From an uncultured Candidatus Rokubacteria bacterium (GTDB lineage Bacteria; Methylomirabilota; Methylomirabilia; Rokubacteriales; DASRDR01): a stretch of DNA of 64,000 nt. Below the pieces are notes generated by a model, which worked only from the letters and a program-made list of their open reading frames with translations, had not been told where the DNA came from and made no database searches. A program made the translations under genes and the position numbers. Position 1 is the first letter of the stretch; each line of letters opens with the position of its first letter. Below, one piece after another: positions 1-9,747 of the stretch. Where the stretch lies: assembly GCA_963799055.1 (NCBI GenBank), contig CAWCVP010000009.1, forward strand, positions 2,299-66,298, given 5' to 3'.

Positions 1-793
1 ACGCGCTCAGGAAGTCGCGAACCAGCGGGGCGACCGCGTCGGGCTGCTCCAGGTGGGGCGCGTGCCCCGCCTGGTCCACGATCTCCACCCGCGCCCCGGC
101 GATGCGGCGAGCGAACTCCTCCGCGTAGACGGGCGGTACGAGCCGGTCCTCCTTGCCCCAGACGAGGAGGGTCGGGGCCTGGACGCGGTGGATGCGCTTC
201 CGGAGCCCCTTGTCCGGGATCGGCCAGAGGAACTTCCCCGTGGCGCCCATGGCCCACTGGAGCCCGACCCGCGCCATGATCCGCGCCTCCGGGTCCTCCG
301 GAGGCACGAACATCCGGCGCGCGGCCTCGCCGTCGGCGTCCGAGAAGACGTGGCCGGCGAGATCGCCGTGGGGCAGGAGCATCCAGTTGGGGATGGGGGC
401 GTCATCGCGCCAGAGGCCGAGCGCGTCGATGAGCACCAGGTGGCTGACCCGACGCGGGGACGCGGCCGCGACCTCGCAGGCCACCATCCCCCCGAACGAG
501 TGGCCCACCAGCGCCGCCCGCGTGAGCCCGAGCCCGTCGAGCAGCTCCTCGTAGCACGAGACCAGGTCCCACATGCCGTCGAGCGCGTAGATGTCGTCCG
601 GCCGTCCCGGGCTCGTGCCGGGATGCTCCGGGGCGTGGACGGTGAAGCCCCGCGCGAGCTCGTCGAGGAACGGATCCCAGTGGAGGCCCCACGGGCCGTG
701 GAAGAACACGAGCGCTGGCCCCCGGCCCTTGGACAGGACGCGCAGGTGGACCTGGTCCTGCCAGACGGGGACGGTCCGCGCCTCCGGCGCCAT
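1..793 (-). CDS. alpha/beta-fold hydrolase; C-terminal end lies beyond the left window edge
   Basis: Manual minus-strand translation from ATG (793..791): MAPEARTVPVWQDQVHLRVLSKGRGPALVFFHGPWG...LVGHSFGG (nucleophile elbow)...LLVWGKEDRLVP...QAGHAPHLEQPDAV. There is no stop before position 1, so it is absent from the ORF track. ATGA overlap with the upstream gene's stop at 793..795. Confidence 0.8.
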   Translation of the reverse strand, partial: MAPEARTVPVWQDQVHLRVLSKGRGPALVFFHGPWGLHWDPFLDELARGFTVHAPEHPGTSPGRPDDIYALDGMWDLVSCYEELLDGLGLTRAALVGHSFGGMVACEVAAASPRRVSHLVLIDALGLWRDDAPIPNWMLLPHGDLAGHVFSDADGEAARRMFVPPEDPEARIMARVGLQWAMGATGKFLWPIPDKGLRKRIHRVQAPTLLVWGKEDRLVPPVYAEEFARRIAGARVEIVDQAGHAPHLEQPDAVAPLVRDFLSA

Positions 794-2037
794 CAGGCGG
801 TCGCGTGCGCCGCCGGTCTCGGCGCGGCGTCCCGGAGCCGTCGCGGCCACCAGTCGTTCACCCAGCCCTCGTCGTCCCAGATTCCCCGGAGGTAGGGCAA
901 GACCTCCCGACCGAGGAGGGTGATGTTCTTCATGGTCAGCTCGTGGGGCATGGAGCCGATCTGCACCAGCAGCATGAGGTTCCCCACGCGCAGCGTCTTC
1001 ACGACCTCCTCCTCGAGGCGCTGGCGGACCGTGGCCGGACTCCCGGCGATGACGTATCCCTTCTCGACGAAGTCCCGATACCTGAGGTCCTTCGGGTTCT
1101 CCGGCCGGCGCACCGGATTGCGTATGGAGGCCATCAGGCTCCGGTAGTCCTGGTTCCCGGGCGGCGAGAACCAGGGGCCCGGGATGTGGAGGCACTTGTG
1201 ATAGAAGTACTCGACGTGCCGCGCGTACTCCTCCTCGGCGCGGGCGTCGGTCTCGGACACGGCGACCAGCTGGAGGAATCCGGCGCGGTAGGGATTCGGC
1301 TCCCGCCCCCTCTTCGACACCACGTCCCAGTACCCGTCCATCAGGACCTTGGCCGAGCGGGCGCCCGAGTAGCTGAGGAAGCAGTAACAGACCTCGTTCT
1401 CGACGGCGAAGTCGAAGGTGCTGACGCTCCCCGAGCCCGGGACCCACACCGGGGGATGGGGCTCCTGGATCGGCCGCGGCCAGAGGTTCACGTTCGCCAG
1501 CTGGTAGTACCGCCCGTTCCAGGCGAAGAGCTCGCGCGCCTGCCAGGCCTTCAGCGTCAGGGCGAACGCCTCCCGGTAGCGCTCCCGCTGCTCCATGGGC
1601 GTGATGCCGTAGCAGAGGTTCACGTCCATGGGGCTGCCGAGCGGCAGGCCGGCCACCAGCCGCCCGCCGCTGATGCAGTCGAGCATCGCGTACTCCTCGG
1701 CGACGCGGATGGGCGGGTTCGACGTGGGGAGCGTGGAGCCCATCTGGACGATGGCGACGTCCATGCCCTGGGTGAGCTTCGCCAGGACGCTCCCCATGAG
1801 GTTCGGGCTCGGCATGAAGCCGTAGGCGTTCTGGTGGTGCTCGTTCGTGCAGACCCCGTCGAAGCCGGAGCGGGCCGCGTGGAGGAGCTCGTCCAGCGTC
1901 CAGTTGTAGTACTGGCCCACCCGGCGGGCGTCGGCCAGCTCCCACCACGGCGGGGTGACCCAGACGGACTCGTAGCGGTCTTCGAAGTCCGCCGGCAGCT
2001 CCCGGTGCGGCATCAGGTGGAACGCGCTGATCTTCAT
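793..2037 (-). CDS. LLM-class (luciferase-like) flavin-dependent oxidoreductase
   Basis: C-terminal 414 aa of track ORF 793..3750, starting MKISAFHLMPHRELPADFEDRYESVWV. G-rich SD-like run just upstream of ATG 2037. The rest of the 985-aa ORF is Arg/Pro-rich non-coding read-through. Confidence 0.85.
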   Translation of the reverse strand: MKISAFHLMPHRELPADFEDRYESVWVTPPWWELADARRVGQYYNWTLDELLHAARSGFDGVCTNEHHQNAYGFMPSPNLMGSVLAKLTQGMDVAIVQMGSTLPTSNPPIRVAEEYAMLDCISGGRLVAGLPLGSPMDVNLCYGITPMEQRERYREAFALTLKAWQARELFAWNGRYYQLANVNLWPRPIQEPHPPVWVPGSGSVSTFDFAVENEVCYCFLSYSGARSAKVLMDGYWDVVSKRGREPNPYRAGFLQLVAVSETDARAEEEYARHVEYFYHKCLHIPGPWFSPPGNQDYRSLMASIRNPVRRPENPKDLRYRDFVEKGYVIAGSPATVRQRLEEEVVKTLRVGNLMLLVQIGSMPHELTMKNITLLGREVLPYLRGIWDDEGWVNDWWPRRLRDAAPRPAAHATA

Positions 2038-2190
2038 GGAACCCCCTTCGAGACGGCGCGTCCACCGTACGAGGGCCCTCGCGCCGCTGTCAATCCCGCT
2101 GCTGGTCGAGAACCGTGACGACGAGGCTGCTGTTGCAGTGGGCGCGGGCAGTGCCCTATCCTGCCCCCGCGACCAGTAGGCGAAGGAGGG

Positions 2191-2577
2191 ATCGGTCTGC
2201 TCGAGGTCCGGGACATCCACACCAGCAGCACCGACGCGGTGTTCCAGACCCGCGTCGCGCCGAAGTTCGAAGCGCCGCGACGCCGCCGTGCAGTTTCTCC
2301 GGGGCTGGATCGCCACTGCGCGGATCTTCCGCGACGATCCCCAGCGGGCCGCGACCGTCGTGACCGAGTGCTGAACGAGCGGGGCTACCAGGTGACGCCG
2401 GCGGTGGTGCGGAAGGCGCTGGGACGCTTCGACGTCAAGGTGGAGATGAGCCCGGAGTTCCGCGCCTACACGGCGGCCGAGGCCGAGAGCCTGATGAAGG
2501 CGGGGCGGATCAAGACCATGCCCGACTGGGACAAGACCCTGCGCCGCGACCTGCTCGAGCAGGCGATGAAGGGTTGA
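2191..2577 (+). pseudogene. C-terminal fragment of an NMT1/SsuA-like substrate-binding protein, with two compensating frame changes
   Basis: Three pieces read as one protein tail: ...DAVFQTRVAPKFEA / AAVQFLRGWIATARIFRDDPQRAATVVTE (other frame, about 2282..2365) / LNERGYQVTPAVVRKALGRFDVKVEMSPEF...LLEQAMKG. GC3-rich codons. There is no room upstream for the about 200-aa N-terminal domain. Confidence 0.4.
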
Positions 2578-2604
2578 GCGGCCCGGGGCCCATGTGAGTT
2601 TCCG

Positions 2605-3579
2605 GTGAGCCGGCTGCGACTCCTTCTCGCCCTGTGCCTGCTGGGCCCCTGGAGTGCGAGCGCCCAGCCCTCCAAGCCGGTGCCCCGGATCGGGATCCTG
2701 GAGACCGGCTCCCTCGCGGGCCGGGCGCCGCTCTGGGATGCGTTCCGCCAGGGGATGCACGAGCTGGGATATGTCGAGGGCCAGACCGTGATCTTCGAAG
2801 CCCGGGGCGCCGATGGGAAGCCTGAGCGGCTGGCGGCGCTCGCGGCCGAGCTCGTCCGGCTCAAGGTCGACGCCATCGTGACGGCGGGCACGTCCGCCAT
2901 TCCGGCCGCGCGGCAGGCGACGGCGACGATCCCCATCGTCATGGCGACCGGATCGGACCCCGTCGGCCTTGGGGTCGTGGCGAGCCTCGCGCGGCCGGGC
3001 GGGAACGTGACCGGCCTCACGACGCTGAACCCTGAACTCACCGCGAAGCGGCTCGAGCTGGCCTGGCAACTCGTCCCCGGAGCCTCCCGCGTGGCGCTCC
3101 TCGGGGACGCCGGGAGTACGGCCACCGCTATTCTGGTCCAAGAGGCGGAGGCGGCGGCGCAGACGCTGGGGGTGCGCCTCCACCTCGTCACCGTCCGGGG
3201 TCGAGCCGAATTCGCCGGCGCTTTCTCGACGATCTCGAGGGAGCGTCCTGTGAGCCTCTTCGTGGTCAACAGCCCATTGTTTTTCGGAGAGCGCCAATAC
3301 CTGGCCGAGCTGGCCTTGAAGCATCGGCTTCCCACTGTGTACAGCGGGCGGGACTACGCGGAGGCCGGGGGCCTGATCGCCTACGGAACAAAGGTCGCGG
3401 AGCTGTTCCGTCGCGCCGCCGTATATGTCGACAAGATCCTCAAGGGTGCGAAGCCGGCCGATCTGCCCGTGGAGCAGCCGACGAAGTTCGAGCTGATCGT
3501 GAACCTCAGGACCGCGAAGGCGCTGGGGCTGACCATCCCCCAGTCGATCCTGTCCCGAGCGGACGAGGTCATCCGATGA
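2605..3579 (+). CDS. ABC transporter substrate-binding protein (ABC_sub_bind / PF04392-like)
   Basis: Track ORF 324 aa, GTG start. Signal peptide MSRLRLLLALCLLGPWSASAQ. RIGILE..., VDAIVTAGT, IPIVMATGSDPV, GGNVTG and KPADLPVEQPTKFELIVNL are typical of this family. Confidence 0.85.
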   Translation: MSRLRLLLALCLLGPWSASAQPSKPVPRIGILETGSLAGRAPLWDAFRQGMHELGYVEGQTVIFEARGADGKPERLAALAAELVRLKVDAIVTAGTSAIPAARQATATIPIVMATGSDPVGLGVVASLARPGGNVTGLTTLNPELTAKRLELAWQLVPGASRVALLGDAGSTATAILVQEAEAAAQTLGVRLHLVTVRGRAEFAGAFSTISRERPVSLFVVNSPLFFGERQYLAELALKHRLPTVYSGRDYAEAGGLIAYGTKVAELFRRAAVYVDKILKGAKPADLPVEQPTKFELIVNLRTAKALGLTIPQSILSRADEVIR

Positions 3580-3607
3580 GCCGCGGGGTCGCAGCGGTTG
3601 CGCCACC

Positions 3608-3730
3608 GTGATGATGGGCGTGCTCGTCGTCATCGGCGGCCTCGGCCTCCTCTTCGAGCGGGTCATCTTCCAGACGCTCGAGGCCCGCTCGGTCGCGCGC
3701 TGGGGGATGCTCCGGGCCGTCAAGGCGTGA
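3608..3730 (+). pseudogene. remnant of the C-terminus of an ABC permease (SsuC/TauC-like)
   Basis: 40-codon ORF VMMGVLVVIGGLGLLFERVIFQTLEARSVARWGMLRAVKA resembles the last TM and tail of nitrate/sulfonate-type permeases. The upstream frame is not permease-like. Too short for the ORF track. Confidence 0.35.
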
Positions 3731-3831
3731 AGGTGAGGACCGGCGACCAAGCTCGTGATCGGCGAGTCGTGCTAGAGTCCCTCGCGACCCGCCCCTTGCT
3801 ACGTGCGATGCCTCGACACGGAGGAGGGCCC

Positions 3832-4791
3832 ATGCTTCGGATCATCTCCACCGCGTTGCTGCTCCTGACCGTGACCGCCTGGCCGGCGGCCGCTCAGTAT
3901 CCCGAGCGTCCACTCACGATCCTGACCGGCTATCCGGCTGGAGGCATGGTGGACATCGTGGCCCGCGCGCTCAACGAGGGCCTCAAGAGCAAGTTCCCGA
4001 AGGGCGTGGCCATCGTGAGCCGGCCGGGTGCGGGCGGCTCGCTGGCGGTGGCGGAGCTCGTCCAGGCCAAACCCGACGGCTACACGATCATCCTCGCGCC
4101 GCTCTCCACCCTCGTCATCCACCCGCAGCTCACCGACCTGCCGTACAAGACACCGGACGACTACGAGCCCATCATCAACGTCGTCTCGTACTACCCGCTG
4201 CTCGCGGTGAGGGCCGACGCACCCTGGAAGTCGGTCCAGGAGTTCGTCGGCGCCGCCAAGGCCAGTCCGGGCAAGCTGCGGGTGGGCTCCCCGGGCGAGG
4301 GCACCTCCAGCCACTTGAACCTCGAGGAAGTGAAGCGCCTGGCCGGCGTCGACATCACCCACGTGCCGTTCTCGGGCTGGGGCGAGTCGAGCCCGGCCCT
4401 TCTCGGCGGCCACATCGAAGGGCTGGTCGCCCAGCCCGGCGAGGTCAAGCCGCTGGTGGACGGCGGGAAGATGCGGGTGCTCACGGTCTTCCAGCCCAAG
4501 CGCCACCCGTACTTCCCCGAAGCACCGGCCGCCAAAGAGGTGGGCTGGGACGCCGCCAACGGTGTGTGGTTCATGTTCGTGGCGCCCAAGGGCACGCCCG
4601 CACCCGCCCTGAAGTTCCTGCACGACGCAGCGCGGGCGGCCATGGAGGAGCCGCAGTTCGTCAACACGATCAAGCAGCGGGGGATCGACATCGACTACCG
4701 CGCCGGCAACCAACTCCGCGCCGACCTCTGGAAGGAGTACAAGGCGCACACCGATATCCTGATGCGCCTCGGGATGATCAAGAAGCCGTAG
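3832..4791 (+). CDS. tctC: Bug-family tripartite tricarboxylate transporter substrate-binding protein (TctC), set 1
   Basis: Internal ATG of track ORF 3598..4791, preceded by GGAGGAG. MLRIISTALLLLTVTAWPAAAQ signal, then YPERPLTILTGYPAGGMVDIVARAL...KPDGYTIILAP. Confidence 0.9.
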   Translation: MLRIISTALLLLTVTAWPAAAQYPERPLTILTGYPAGGMVDIVARALNEGLKSKFPKGVAIVSRPGAGGSLAVAELVQAKPDGYTIILAPLSTLVIHPQLTDLPYKTPDDYEPIINVVSYYPLLAVRADAPWKSVQEFVGAAKASPGKLRVGSPGEGTSSHLNLEEVKRLAGVDITHVPFSGWGESSPALLGGHIEGLVAQPGEVKPLVDGGKMRVLTVFQPKRHPYFPEAPAAKEVGWDAANGVWFMFVAPKGTPAPALKFLHDAARAAMEEPQFVNTIKQRGIDIDYRAGNQLRADLWKEYKAHTDILMRLGMIKKP

Positions 4792-4795
4792 GCCG

Positions 4796-5240
4796 ATGAC
4801 GGAGCGGCTGCTGGCGCTCGCCGTGCTCGTGGCGAGCGGCGCTGTATCTCGCCAACGCGCTGCCGCTGCCCCGGGGCACGGCGGCGCGGCCCGGAGCCGG
4901 CTTCTTCCCCGTGGCCGTCGGTGCGTTCGGGGTCGTCGTCGCGCTCGCCTGGGTCGTGAGCGCGTTCCGGCGGGGGCCGGTGGCCGCCGGTCGCCTGGCT
5001 CCAGGCGAGGGACGCGGGCGGGTCGCCGCCACGGTGGTTCTCCTCGTCGGCTTCTGTCTGCTCCTGCCCTGGACGGGATACCCAGTCGCCGCGCTTCTCT
5101 TCGTCGGTCTGATGCTGCGCTGCCTGGGGGCCGGATGGGCGGCAGCCGGGGGAACCGCCCTGGCGTGCGCCCTGGTCTCCTATTACGTCTTCGGCGTGCT
5201 GCTGGGCGTACCGCTTCCGCGCGGCGTGCTCCTCGACTGA
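4796..5240 (+). CDS. tctB: TctB small membrane subunit, set 1, with an apparent +1 frame break near 4841
   Basis: ATG 4796 gives MTERLLALAVLVASG. Homology then continues one frame over as LYLANALPLPRGTAARPGAGFFPVAVGAF... (track ORF 4911..5240). The joined product of about 147 aa parallels the intact paralog at 7766..8209. The stop overlaps the tctA ATG. Confidence 0.7.
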
Positions 5241-6754
5241 TGGGCCCCCTCGAGGGTCTCGCGTACGGCTTCTCCGTCGCGCTGATGCCGACCAACCTCG
5301 TGGCCTGCTTCGCGGGCGTCCTGGTCGGCACGATCGTCGGTATCCTGCCCGGCATCGGGCCGGTCGGAGCCATGGCATTACTGCTGCCGTCGACGTTCTC
5401 CCTCGAGCCGGCGACGGCCCTCATCATGCTGGCCGGCATCTACTATGGCTCGATGTACGGCGGCTCGACGACGGCGATCCTGGTCAACGTCCCCGGCGAG
5501 GCGGGGTCCGTCGTCACCGCCCTCGACGGCTATCAGATGACCAGGAACGGGCGGGCCGGGGCGGCCCTCGCGGTGGCGGCGGTGGGCTCGTTCGTCGCCG
5601 GCTCGCTCGGCGTCGTGGGCATCGCGGTGGCCGCCTCCTGGCTGGCCGACCAGGCGCTGCGCTTCGGTCCACCCGAGTACTTCGCCATGGCGGCGGCGGG
5701 GCTGCTCCTCCTTTCGCGCCTGTCGGGCGGGTCGGTGATACACGCCTTCCTCATGGTCGCGATCGGCCTGGCCCTGGGCACCGTCGGCATGGAGCCGATC
5801 TCGGCCGTGCGACGCTTCACGTTCGGCTCCACCCAGCTCTCCCAGGGGATCGAGCTGGTGCCGGTCATCATGGGGCTCTACGGCGTGGCCGAGGTGCTGC
5901 TGATCGCCGAGTCGGGTCTCAGGAAGGCCCACATCGCCGCGGTGCGGCTTCGCGAGCTGCTGCCAACGCGCGCCGAGTGGAAGCTGTCGGCGTTGCCGAT
6001 CGCGCGCGGCTCCGCGGTCGGGTTCCTCACGGGCCTCATCCCTGGCCCCGCCACCGTCCTGTCCACCTTCATCGCCTACAAGCTCGAGCGCAAGGTCTCG
6101 AAGCACCCCGAGCGGTTCGGTCATGGCGCCATCGAGGGCGTGGCCGGACCGGAGGCCGCCAACAACGGCGCCACCGCGGGCGCGATGGTGCCGCTCCTGT
6201 CGCTGGGCATTCCGTTCTCGCCGGCCACGGCCATTCTCCTCGGCGCCCTGATCATCACCGGCATCCAGCCAGGGCCCCTTCTGATCAGCCAGCGACCCGA
6301 GGTGTTCTGGGGGGTCGTGGCCAGCATGTACGTGGGCAACCTCATCCTGCTGGTCCTCAACCTGCCGCTCGTCGGGCTGTTCGTCAGCGTGCTGCGGCTT
6401 CCGCAGCACCTTCTGGCCACGCTGGTCTTGCTGCTCTGCCTGGTGGGCGCCTACAGCCTCAACAACAGCCAGCTCGACCTCTGGGTGCTCGTCGTCTTCG
6501 GGATCTTCGGCTACGGGCTCCGGAAGCTCGCCATCGATCCGTCCCCGCTCGTGGTCGCGCTCGTCCTGGGTCCGCTCATGGAGAAGACACTACGGCAGAC
6601 GCTCTTCATGGAGCGCGGTAACCTCCTCGCGATCCTCGGACGGCCCCTGACGCTGACCTTGCTCCTGCTGGGCGTGCTGGCCGTCACCGTACCCCCGCTC
6701 GTCCGGCTGCTGCGCCCGCGGCCGGTGGCCGCCTCCCTGGCGGCGGGGCCGTGA
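5240..6754 (+). CDS. tctA: TctA large permease subunit, set 1
   Basis: Last 504 aa of track ORF 4796..6754, from MGPLEGLAYGFSVALMPTNL. GILPGIGP, YYGSMYGGSTTAILVNVPGE and GVAGPEAANN motifs. Confidence 0.9.
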   Translation: MGPLEGLAYGFSVALMPTNLVACFAGVLVGTIVGILPGIGPVGAMALLLPSTFSLEPATALIMLAGIYYGSMYGGSTTAILVNVPGEAGSVVTALDGYQMTRNGRAGAALAVAAVGSFVAGSLGVVGIAVAASWLADQALRFGPPEYFAMAAAGLLLLSRLSGGSVIHAFLMVAIGLALGTVGMEPISAVRRFTFGSTQLSQGIELVPVIMGLYGVAEVLLIAESGLRKAHIAAVRLRELLPTRAEWKLSALPIARGSAVGFLTGLIPGPATVLSTFIAYKLERKVSKHPERFGHGAIEGVAGPEAANNGATAGAMVPLLSLGIPFSPATAILLGALIITGIQPGPLLISQRPEVFWGVVASMYVGNLILLVLNLPLVGLFVSVLRLPQHLLATLVLLLCLVGAYSLNNSQLDLWVLVVFGIFGYGLRKLAIDPSPLVVALVLGPLMEKTLRQTLFMERGNLLAILGRPLTLTLLLLGVLAVTVPPLVRLLRPRPVAASLAAGP

Positions 6755-6773
6755 CGGGGCTCGGCCGCCGGTA

Positions 6774-7763
6774 GTGCGCATCGACCTGCACACCCATGTC
6801 GTGCCGGAGCGCTGGGAGGACTTCGCCAGCCGCTACGGCGGCGGCCGATGGCCGCGGCTGGTCCATCGGGACGCCTGCCGGGCCACGATCATGACGGGCG
6901 ACGCCGTCTTCCGCGAGGTCGACGACCGGTCGTGGCGGCCGGAGCGACGCATCGAGGACATGGACCGGCTGGGGATCGACCGCCAGGCGCTCTCGCCGCC
7001 CCCGGTCATGCTCTGCTACTGGGCGGACGCCCGGGCGGGGCAGGCCTTCGCCCGGATGCAGAACGAGAACGTGGCCGCCGTGGTCGCTCGCCATTCGCGG
7101 CGCTTCGTGGGGATGGCGACCGTGCCGCTCCAGGACACGGGGCTGGCGATCGAGGAGCTGCGGCACGCCCGTGAGCGGCTCGGCTTGCGCGCGGTCGAGA
7201 TCGGGACCTGCCCGGGCGGGCGGGACTTCGATGATCCGGCGCTCTTCCCGTTCTTCGCGGCCTGTCGGGATCTCGACGTCGCGATCTTCGTGCACCCGGC
7301 CGCGCCACAGGTCGGCCAGGAGCGAATGACGAAGTACTACTTCCCGCTGATCGTCGGCAACCCGCTGGAGACGGCCCTGGCCATCTCGAAGCTCATCTTC
7401 GGTGGCGTGCTGGAGCGCCTGCCCGATCTGCGGATCTGCTTCGCGCACGGCGGCGGGGCGTTCCCGTTCACGCTCGGGCGGCTCGACTACGGCTGGTCGG
7501 TGCGCCCGGAGGGCCCGGAGGCCATCCCCAGGCGGCCACGCGACTACGCGCGGCTGCTCTACTTCGACTCGCTGACGCACAGCCCGGCGAACCTCCGGTT
7601 CCTCGTCGCCGAGTTCGGCGCCGACCGGGTGGCGATGGGGAGCGACTACCCGTTCGACATGGGGAGCGCGGACCCGGTGGCGGCGATCGCGGAGGCGAAG
7701 CTCGGCGCGGACGACGGCGCGCTGATCGAGGGCGGCACCGCGGCGAGGTTCCTCGGCCTCTGA
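6774..7763 (+). CDS. amidohydrolase-2 family protein (ACMSD-like metal-dependent decarboxylase/hydrolase)
   Basis: Track ORF 329 aa, GTG start. MRIDLHTHVVP (HxH metal site), FVHP, CFAHGGGAFPF, MGSDYPFD. Confidence 0.85.
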   Translation: MRIDLHTHVVPERWEDFASRYGGGRWPRLVHRDACRATIMTGDAVFREVDDRSWRPERRIEDMDRLGIDRQALSPPPVMLCYWADARAGQAFARMQNENVAAVVARHSRRFVGMATVPLQDTGLAIEELRHARERLGLRAVEIGTCPGGRDFDDPALFPFFAACRDLDVAIFVHPAAPQVGQERMTKYYFPLIVGNPLETALAISKLIFGGVLERLPDLRICFAHGGGAFPFTLGRLDYGWSVRPEGPEAIPRRPRDYARLLYFDSLTHSPANLRFLVAEFGADRVAMGSDYPFDMGSADPVAAIAEAKLGADDGALIEGGTAARFLGL

Positions 7764-7765
7764 GC

Positions 7766-8209
7766 ATGGTCACGGTCGACCGGGTGGCTGGGCTCGGACT
7801 CGTGGCGCTCGGCGCCTTCACGCTGTGGGAGAGCCGGGCGCTGCCGCTCGGCACCCTGACGAACCCCGGCCCCGCGGCCGTCCCGGCGGCGCTCGCGCTG
7901 CTCGTCCTCGGGCTGGGAGCCCTCATCGGGATGCTGGGCGCCGGGACGCCGCCGCTCGGGCGGCCGGACTCGCGGGAGTGGCGGCACGCGGTGGCGATCC
8001 TGGGGGTGTGCGTGTTCGCGGCCGTCGCGCTGGAGCGCGTGGGGTACCGGACCACGATGGGCGTGGCGCTCGCATTCCTCGTCGGCGCCGTCGAGCGCAA
8101 GGGAGCCCTGGCCGCCGTCGTCTTCGCGACGGCGATGGCCGCCGGGTCCTTCTTCCTCTTCGACACCGTGCTCCGGGTCCCCCTGCCAAGAGGGCCCTTC
8201 GGTTTCTGA
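7766..8209 (+). CDS. tctB: TctB small membrane subunit, set 2
   Basis: Track ORF 147 aa, hydrophobic four-helix pattern. Ends LRVPLPRGPFGF like the other TctB copies. Confidence 0.8.
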   Translation: MVTVDRVAGLGLVALGAFTLWESRALPLGTLTNPGPAAVPAALALLVLGLGALIGMLGAGTPPLGRPDSREWRHAVAILGVCVFAAVALERVGYRTTMGVALAFLVGAVERKGALAAVVFATAMAAGSFFLFDTVLRVPLPRGPFGF

Positions 8210-8217
8210 TCGGCGGG

Positions 8218-9747
8218 ATGCTCGAGACCTTCCAGAACCTCCACCTGGGATTCTCGGTCGCCCTGAGCCCGGGCGTCCTGCTCTACGCGTTCGTCGGGTG
8301 CGTGGTCGGGACGCTGGTCGGGGTGCTGCCCGGGATCGGCCCGCTCGCGGGCATCAGCCTCTTGCTGCCCGCGACGTTCGGGCTGGACGCGACGCGGGCC
8401 GTCGTGATGCTGGCGGGGATCTACTACGGCGCCATGTACGGCGGCTCGACGACGGCGATTCTCATGCGGATCCCCGGAGAGGCCGCCTCGGTGATGACCT
8501 GCATCGACGGCTACGCGATGGCGCAGAAGGGCCGGGCCGGCGCGGCGCTGGCGATCGCCGCCGTCGGCTCGTACGTCGCGGGGACGGCCAGCGTGGTCGC
8601 GCTGATGTTCCTCGCGCCGCCTCTCGCGGCGGTCGCGCTCAGCTTCGGCCCGCCGGAGTACTTCGCCCTCCTCCTGCTGGGGCTCCTCGTCCTCGCCTAC
8701 CTGGGATCGGGCTCGATGCTGAAGTCGCTGGCGATGGCGGCCCTGGGCCTCCTGCTCGGGATGGTCGGCATCGATCAGATGAGCGGGTACTTTCGCTTCA
8801 ACTACGGCGTCGTGGAGCTGGGCGACGGCCTGGGCGTCGTCCCGGTGGCCGTGGGACTGTTCGGCCTCGCCGAGGTCCTCGCGACCGCGGGTCGGCTGAC
8901 GCCGCCCGCCGTGATCCGGCCTCGATTGCGGGAGCTGCTGCCGACGCGCCAGGAGTGGCGGGCGTCGACCGCGCCGATCGGGCGCGGGACGGTGCTCGGG
9001 TTCCTCATCGGCATCCTGCCGGGGTCGGCCCACATCGTGTCGAGCTTCGTCTCGTATGCGCTCGAGCGGCGGCTGTCGAGGCAGCCCGGGGAGTTCGGCA
9101 AGGGCGCGGTGGCGGGCGTGGCGGGCCCCGAGGCGGCCAACAACGCGGCGGCCTCGGGCGCCTTCGCGCCGATGCTGGCGCTGGGCGTGCCGTCGGGCCC
9201 GATTCCGGCCGTGATGCTCGCCGCACTGATGGTCCACGGCGTGACACCGGGGCCGCTCCTGATCCAGAACCGGCCGGACCTCTTCTGGGGATTCATCGCG
9301 TCGATGTACGTGGGCAACGTGGTGCTCCTGATCCTCAACCTGCCGCTCGTCGGCCTGTTCGTGAACCTGCTCCGGGTGCCCTATTCGTACCTGTATCCGG
9401 CGATCCTGATGTTCGCGGTCGTCGGAGTCTATGCAGTGAACGGCAGCGTCGTGGACGTCTGGATCATGCTCGGGATGGGGGCGCTCGGCTACGTGCTGCG
9501 CAAGCTCGACCTCGAGCCCGCGCCGATCGTGATGGGGGTCGTTCTGGCTCCGCTGATCGAGTTCAGCTTCCGTCAGTCGCTCGCGATGTCGGACGGGGCG
9601 TACGCGATCTTCGTGACTCGCCCGATCGCGGCGACCCTGCTCGGGGCGGGACTCGTGCTGCTCTCGCTGAACGTCCGTTCGTTCATCCTGCGTGCCGTCG
9701 ACTGGCGCGCTCGGCTCGCGCTCGTCGCCAAGGGAGACCGGATATGA
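8218..9747 (+). CDS. tctA: TctA large permease subunit, set 2
   Basis: In-frame ATG inside track ORF 7825..9747: MLETFQNLHLGFSVALSPGVLLYAFVGCVVGTLVGVLPGIGP... 509 aa. Confidence 0.9.
   Translation: MLETFQNLHLGFSVALSPGVLLYAFVGCVVGTLVGVLPGIGPLAGISLLLPATFGLDATRAVVMLAGIYYGAMYGGSTTAILMRIPGEAASVMTCIDGYAMAQKGRAGAALAIAAVGSYVAGTASVVALMFLAPPLAAVALSFGPPEYFALLLLGLLVLAYLGSGSMLKSLAMAALGLLLGMVGIDQMSGYFRFNYGVVELGDGLGVVPVAVGLFGLAEVLATAGRLTPPAVIRPRLRELLPTRQEWRASTAPIGRGTVLGFLIGILPGSAHIVSSFVSYALERRLSRQPGEFGKGAVAGVAGPEAANNAAASGAFAPMLALGVPSGPIPAVMLAALMVHGVTPGPLLIQNRPDLFWGFIASMYVGNVVLLILNLPLVGLFVNLLRVPYSYLYPAILMFAVVGVYAVNGSVVDVWIMLGMGALGYVLRKLDLEPAPIVMGVVLAPLIEFSFRQSLAMSDGAYAIFVTRPIAATLLGAGLVLLSLNVRSFILRAVDWRARLALVAKGDRI

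Noticed and set aside
2038-3750. N-terminal 570 aa of the 985-aa minus-strand ORF 793..3750
   Set aside because: It is Arg/Pro/Gly-rich with no family-like motifs and runs antisense to a well-supported plus-strand SBP gene. The real gene starts at the internal MKISAFHLMP with its own SD.
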